In this document: piece by piece, positions 63,317 to 64,000 of the stretch
Numbering within the stretch: the first letter of the stretch is position 1
Layout: every line of letters starts with the position of its first letter
Source of the DNA: Lama glama
Taxonomy: Eukaryota
Length of the DNA stretch: 64,000 bases
Reading direction: 5' to 3'
Assembly: GCA_028534125.1 (NCBI GenBank)
Contig: CM052818.1
Location: 13,332,001 to 13,396,000, forward strand
The notes under the pieces: model-generated
Database searches by the model: none
What the model was told of the DNA's origin: nothing
The model's input: only the letters and a program-made list of their open reading frames with translations
Program-made: the position numbers and the translations under genes

Positions 63317-63619
63317 TCCACTTTACAAATAAATGATGTTTTGAGAGGTTATGGAGTTTACAATGGATCATTCAGTCAGCAATCACCAGAGCTTGAACTG
63401 GAATCCAGGGCTTTGACGCTAGGGAATAATATCTACTTTTAAAAAAAAAAATCTATTTTTTGACTGCCCAGTAAGGGCTAGGTGCATGTATACAATATCT
63501 CTAATCTTCATAGAAAACTTTCCAAGTCAATATTCTTCCCATTTTGCAGATGTGGAAACTCTGCCCAAATCTGGTACCGGCTTGAACCTAGTTTACTGCA
63601 TCTAATGTATCCTAGTTGT

Positions 63620-63800
63620 TTTAAAGGAAGGTCCTCAGACTAGCAGTATCACTGTCTTTACTTAGGAACTTGTTAGCAATGCAAATTCTTGGGCCAAGCA
63701 GCAGAACTACCTAATTAGAAACTCTGGGGGTGGTGTCCACAATCCATGTTTAACCTGCCTTTAGATGATTCTGATCCATGCTAAAGTTTAAGAACTATTT
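63620..63800. mobile_element. MER5A MITE
   Basis: ggaacttgttagcaatgcaaattcttgggcc...agaaactctgggggtgg...gatgattctgatccatgctaaagtttaagaactatt. Confidence 0.75.
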
Positions 63801-64000
63801 GTTTGTTTCATGAATTTATTGGAATAGTTAATACATTCAAAATTCAATAATAAACGATACATCCAAGATTCAAACATGGTAGCAAAGCCTGTGGCCTTTT
63901 GCTGAATCGTACTGCCCCATCCCAATTTTACCAAGGGAAGGTGTTGGGGATGGAATATACTTTAAATGAAGTGTGATTATAGAGCATGATTCTGAATTCT

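Noticed and set aside
1..64000. CRISPR arrays, operons, tRNA/rRNA genes, additional novel miRNA hairpins
   Set aside because: This is mammalian non-coding DNA and I saw no repeat-spacer arrays or tRNA/rRNA matches. No fourth miRNA-sized hairpin was evident by eye, but a folding scan plus small-RNA data would be needed to exclude one.

Overview
Placental-mammal genomic DNA with no supportable protein-coding gene. It is probably a camelid: the young L1 3' UTR looks camelid-type and I see no Alu, B1, Bov or PRE SINEs (inference). The main feature is the conserved, pancreatic-acinar-enriched microRNA cluster on the + strand: miR-216b (~31.26 kb), miR-216a (~43.45 kb) and miR-217 (~49.75 kb). All three 5p mature sequences match the known mammalian ones, so this is the MIR217HG host-gene region (between CCDC85A and EFEMP1 in human). 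The rest is typical mammalian repeat landscape. It includes a near-full-length old L1 (L1MC-type) with a young L1 nested in it, further L1 copies, an ERV-L provirus with an MLT2 3' LTR but no 5' LTR, an MLT1 LTR, MER5/MER20-like DNA transposons, many MIR and L2 fragments, and three N gaps. I found no convincing new biological system. The best leads are a PTF1-type acinar enhancer (~1.8-1.9 kb), a spermatocyte-type promoter (~21.15 kb), a chain of antisense exon-like segments, a 3' splice site just upstream of miR-216a, a 3p substitution that makes the miR-217 stem perfectly paired, and a signal-peptide-like micro-ORF ending at a strong donor (17.4 kb). All calls were made by eye and from recalled consensus sequences; repeat boundaries and subfamilies are approximate.
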